A stretch of 63,636 nt of DNA, counting the filler, from Lenisia limosa (lineage: Eukaryota; Protista; Breviatea): NCBI GenBank assembly GCA_001655205.1. It is 12 parts of 12 records of this genome, joined end to end, with 100 filler letters (N's around TTAATTAATTAA, not from the genome) between each part and the next. Parts side by side here need not be neighbours in the genome. Positions count along the whole stretch, not along the records: positions 60,098 to 62,384 come from LPNZ01005302.1; positions 62,485 to 63,636 come from LPNZ01005029.1; 10 more parts are not named here. One strand, 5' to 3'. The notes beneath the pieces were generated by a model. It was not told the DNA's origin. It did no database searches and saw only the letters and a program-made list of their open reading frames with translations. Shown in pieces: positions 60,343-63,636 of the stretch. The stretch's first letter is position 1, and the number at the start of each line of letters is the position of its first letter. The translations under genes were made by a program, and so were the position numbers.

Positions 60343-62365
60343 AGATTGAGCACCTTGTTTCTGTTGCCGCCTTCTGTCTTGAAGTTTGTGTCAACACCCA
60401 ATGCATGGACCTGCTCTGGAACATTCTTTGGCCGTGAGGGCTTTGCATTGTTGTTTAAAACATTAGTAAATTTCTCATAGTATACTCTATATTATTTATT
60501 ATATATTTCGCCACTAGAGTTGATTTTGGGTTTTATTTTCTTACACACAAATTATCCATTTCACCCCTCGTGTGTTGTCAGCCAACAGAGNNNNNNNNNN
60601 NNNNNNNNNNNNNNNNNNNNNNNNNNNNNNNNNNNNNNNNNNNNNNNNNNNNNNNNNNNNNNCCTCTTTTTGGCCGCCCTGGAGCCGATTCTGCTCTCCG
60701 CCGCCGTAAACTTCATCCATCCCGAGGTCATCAAGGCCTTTGTGCAGTTCTATGCGTGGGGAGTAGGGGTGGTTAGAGCAATATAATGTGCAAAATCGTT
60801 GGAAGCTAATATATACATCGGGGTACAATTAAACAAATTACCATACTTGCCGTCAATATACTTATTTTCAAACCCTGTGTTTTTCTCAAATAAAAGTATT
60901 TTTCATCCCCTTTCTAACTTTAACAAAATGTGTATGTACAAATATCCTAATGATGATGAACATAATTAATCTGATGTTAAGGGCTTCACTGCAATTCGAA
61001 AAAAGACTGAATTTCTCGATTAATCCTCGAAAACTATCAGTATTTTTCCGAACGGAAGTGAAGCCGTGCTCATGAGATGAATAATTAATCCTTACGATGA
61101 ATCCTTATGATGAATAATCAATCCTTACGATGAATAATCCATCCTTACGATGAATAATTCATCCTTATGATGGATAATTAATCCTTACGATGAATCCTCA
61201 TGATGAATAATCAATCCTTATGATGAATAATTAATCCTAATGATGAATAATTTAGCCTTATGATGAACATAATTGACCCATTATGATCTTACGATCGCAG
61301 GTCAACATCACGCATTCGGAGGGCGGAGGACTGCATCTGCCATCTTGACGTGGCGTGCATCGATTTTGAACAGGTAGGTATTGAAAGAGTGAGAGAGGGG
61401 GGGGGGGTAAAANNNNNNNNNNNNNNNNNNNNNNNNNNNNNNNNNNNNNNNNNNNNNNNNNNNNNNNNNNNNNNNNNNNNNNNNNNNNNNNNNNNNNNNN
61501 NNNNNNNNNNNNNNNNNNNNNNNNNNNNNNNNNNNNNNNNNNNNNNNNNNNNNNNNNNNNNNNNNNNNNNNNNNNNNNNNNNNNNNNNNNNNNNNNNNNN
61601 NNNNNNNNNNNNNNNNNNNNNNNNNNNNNNNNNNNNNNNNNNNNNNNNNNNNNNNNNNNNNNNNNNNNNNNNNNNNNNNNNNNNNNNNNNNNNNNNNNNN
61701 NNNNNNNNNNTTTCCAATTTTACCCCCCCCCCCAGGTATCCACGCTGTGCTTCACGAACGGCTTAGTAAGGGGAATCTGCCACATCTACGCCGGCGGACT
61801 GAAGGACTATGTCACCGCCCTGCGTTTCGCTATCGTCTGTGCCGTGGCCGCGGAGATGGAGTGGGGGGGGGGCAATATCATATTGCTACAACAAAACAAA
61901 CCTGAAAACCCAACAAGCATGACTGGTGCCTGGAGAGAACTTTTTTTTGTTTTTGTTTTTGAGGAGACATTTCAAATAATGTGCTGGAGTGAGGGGTGGG
62001 GGGTTAAGCGGAGTATTTGTGTGTAGGATTAGGGATTGACTTCTGTTCGAAAAAAGACTGAATTTCTCGATAGATCCTCGAAAACTATCGATATTTTATC
62101 AGTCTTTTTCGGACCGAAGTCAAGGTAGAGTTAATGCATTTCGGTTGAAAAGCGGAAACATGACTTCTATCTTCTATGAAGAAAAAAGAAGGCCGGAAAA
62201 TCCCATAACTTATTTGGAGGCCAAAGTGAATACCCCAACCAAGCATGACTTAAGGTACCCTTTAAAAATGCCTTTTACTTTGGAGACCCTTTAAAAAAGT
62301 CTAATACTTTAGGGACACTTTAGCTCGTGGCAGACCCCTCCAGATCCTCAATACCTGGCTAAATG
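60343..62365 (+). CDS. VPS8: CORVET subunit Vps8, internal fragment
   Basis: LFLAALEPILLSAAVNFIHPEVIKAFVQFY; RAEDCICHLDVACIDFEQ|VSTLCFTNGLVRGICHIYAGGLKDYVTAL, matching the Vps8 FLECLEPYIL...IVHMDITSLDIQQV..C...LYD..YVY region. Confidence 0.8.
60516..60590 (+). repeat. Family C element fragment in VPS8 intron
   Basis: gagttgattttggg...cccctcgtgtgttgtcagccaacagag[N]. Confidence 0.65.
60979..61068. mobile_element. MITE family A (VPS8 intron)
   Basis: aagggcttcactgc ... gaacggaagtgaagccgtg. Confidence 0.85.
61076..61285. repeat. Minisatellite, about 11 units of gatgaataattaatccttac with two 13-bp truncated units
   Basis: Head-to-tail units visible directly. Confidence 0.9.
61397..61735 (+). 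mobile_element. Family C element filling a VPS8 intron up to the acceptor AG
   Basis: ggggggggggtaaaa[N gap]tttccaattttacccccccccccAG; intron 61374-61735 fixed by Vps8 homology (FEQ|VST). Confidence 0.7.
62030..62127. mobile_element. MITE family A (VPS8 intron)
   Basis: tagggattgacttctgttcg ... ggaccgaagtcaaggta. Confidence 0.85.
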
Positions 62366-62384
62366 GTGGGGAGGGGGGGGGGGG

Positions 62385-62484
62385 NNNNNNNNNNNNNNNN
62401 NNNNNNNNNNNNNNNNNNNNNNNNNNNNTTAATTAATTAANNNNNNNNNNNNNNNNNNNNNNNNNNNNNNNNNNNNNNNNNNNN
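62385..62484. other. Artificial scaffold linker
   Basis: N-TTAATTAATTAA-N, 100 nt. Confidence 0.97.
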
Positions 62485-63498
62485 CACCACCCTCATGAAG
62501 AGCATGGACAATAGTCTCAGGAGACTTCTTTCCTAGAAACGGTCATGGATGATGGTGACAAAAAAAGAGCTTCTATTTCAATAAAAATCAATATTTCACC
62601 AGAAATACCATGATGTTACCCCCCCTCCCCCCAAATACCATGTTGCTCCCCCATACCAGCAGCAATGATGATGTTGATGTTGCTCCCCCATACCAGCAGC
62701 AATGATGATGTTGATGTTGTGGAGTTTGAGGTGGCGGAAAGTGTCTTGGAAGTATTTGAAGGCCGACTCCGGAATGTTGTTGTTTCCGTAGACACCTGCG
62801 GGGGAGGGGGGGGGGGGNNNNNNNNNNNNNNNNNNNNNNNNNNNNNNNNNNNNNNNNNNNNNNNNNNNNNNNNNNNNNNNNNNNNNNNNNNNNNNNNNNN
62901 NNNNNNNNNNNNNNNNNNNNNNNNNNNNNNNNTCAACTCTGCTGGCTGACAACAAACAAGGGTTGAAAATAACTAAGGGAAGGGGGTAGGAAGGGATTAT
63001 GCTGTTTAGGGGATTATGCTGTTTCCATAAATCACTTTTTGGGGATTTGGAAACTGAGAAAACCCTGTGAACCAATATCCATACCATTTTTATCCGCCCC
63101 CCTTACCAAAGCCGACAACACCCTTGCCCTTGTACTGGATAGCCAAGTCCGCAACCTGGAAGGGTGAAAGGAGAAGTGGAAAAAAAGATGTAGGGTCATC
63201 GTCATATATAGTATATTAGTATGTAATAATACATACATATCATCATATAATATACAATGATGATAAATGCAAATATAGGTATCTCTAAGGGGGGTAAAAA
63301 CAATACTAAACATAGGAAGAAAACAAATTTAGCTTATCTAAACCAACGCATTTAGTGTAGGTTTTAAAAAAAAGAATTAAAGGAATCTAAAAAAGGAATT
63401 ACAAAGAGTAGTACTTGAATTATTACTTCGTACCCCCCTCCCTACCTTGTTGAAGGGAATGGGGCCGTCCCTTCCGAAGAGAACGCAGAGAACAACGC
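62485..63498 (-). CDS. Adenosine-deaminase-like protein fragment lacking the HAGE motif
   Basis: GVVLCVLFGRD; VADLAIQYKGKGVVGF|GVYG...FKYFQDTF..LKLHNINIIIAA|GKKSPETIVHALHEGG, following the ADA barrel pattern. Confidence 0.65.
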
Positions 63499-63636
63499 CT
63501 TCGTGGTGAGGTGGAGAGTAACATTGGAAAATATATGAAACAAATAAACCCAAATCAACTCTATTGGCTGACACACGAGGGTTGATAACAACAAAACAAA
63601 CATTAATTGAAAAAATTATGAAACTAAAAAAGCCCA
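63499..63636 (-). repeat. Family C element ending at an intron acceptor
   Basis: Minus strand ttatcaaccctcgtgtgtcagccaatagagttgatttggg...ttttccaatgttactctccacctcaccacgaAG. Confidence 0.8.

Noticed and set aside
60183-60401. Met/Val/Ile-rich 72-aa ORF
   Set aside because: It is the antisense translation of the CAT/CAC microsatellite.
27074-61766. Many ORF-track entries dominated by X
   Set aside because: They are open only because they run through N gaps in introns.
22478-62484. Eleven identical TTAATTAATTAA motifs inside N runs
   Set aside because: Artificial six-frame-stop concatenation linkers, not biology; gene neighbourhoods across them were not interpreted.
1-63636. Genome-wide TAA/TAG=Gln genetic code
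   Set aside because: MCTS1 (TAG) and the PLAC8 gene (TAA) end at expected lengths, and conserved exons contain no in-frame TAR.

Overview
This window is eukaryotic, not prokaryotic. It is AT-rich, intron-dense DNA from a protist, probably amorphean (Chk1-, STRA6-, Patched-, alpha-kinase- and VPS8-like genes). It is a pseudo-molecule: 12 scaffold pieces are joined by artificial 100-nt linkers (N44-TTAATTAATTAA-N44), so adjacency across linkers means nothing. The pieces after 22.5 kb carry recognisable spliced genes: RBM28/NOP4-like, MCTS1/TMA20, a probable pseudo-alpha-kinase, Patched/NPC1-like, STRA6-like, G6PD, a bacterial-type Kce/BKACE enzyme, PLAC8, VPS8 and an apparently inactive adenosine-deaminase-like gene. 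Their introns are heavily colonised by at least four repeat families. Two are hAT-type MITEs with TAGGG termini and 8-bp TSDs. One is a G/C-ended inverted-repeat family whose right end repeatedly sits directly at 3' splice sites (Introner-like candidate). One is an unexplained ~155-bp repeat. Many introns open with a G-run and close with a C-run. The first 22.5-kb piece is different: decayed gene fragments, a foldback element, and a truncated Chk1-like kinase with five 21-24-nt intron-like inserts, four lacking AG at the homology-predicted acceptor. No rRNA, convincing tRNA or CRISPR array was found. Gene models were spliced by eye, so outer boundaries are approximate, and family calls come from remembered motifs rather than database searches.
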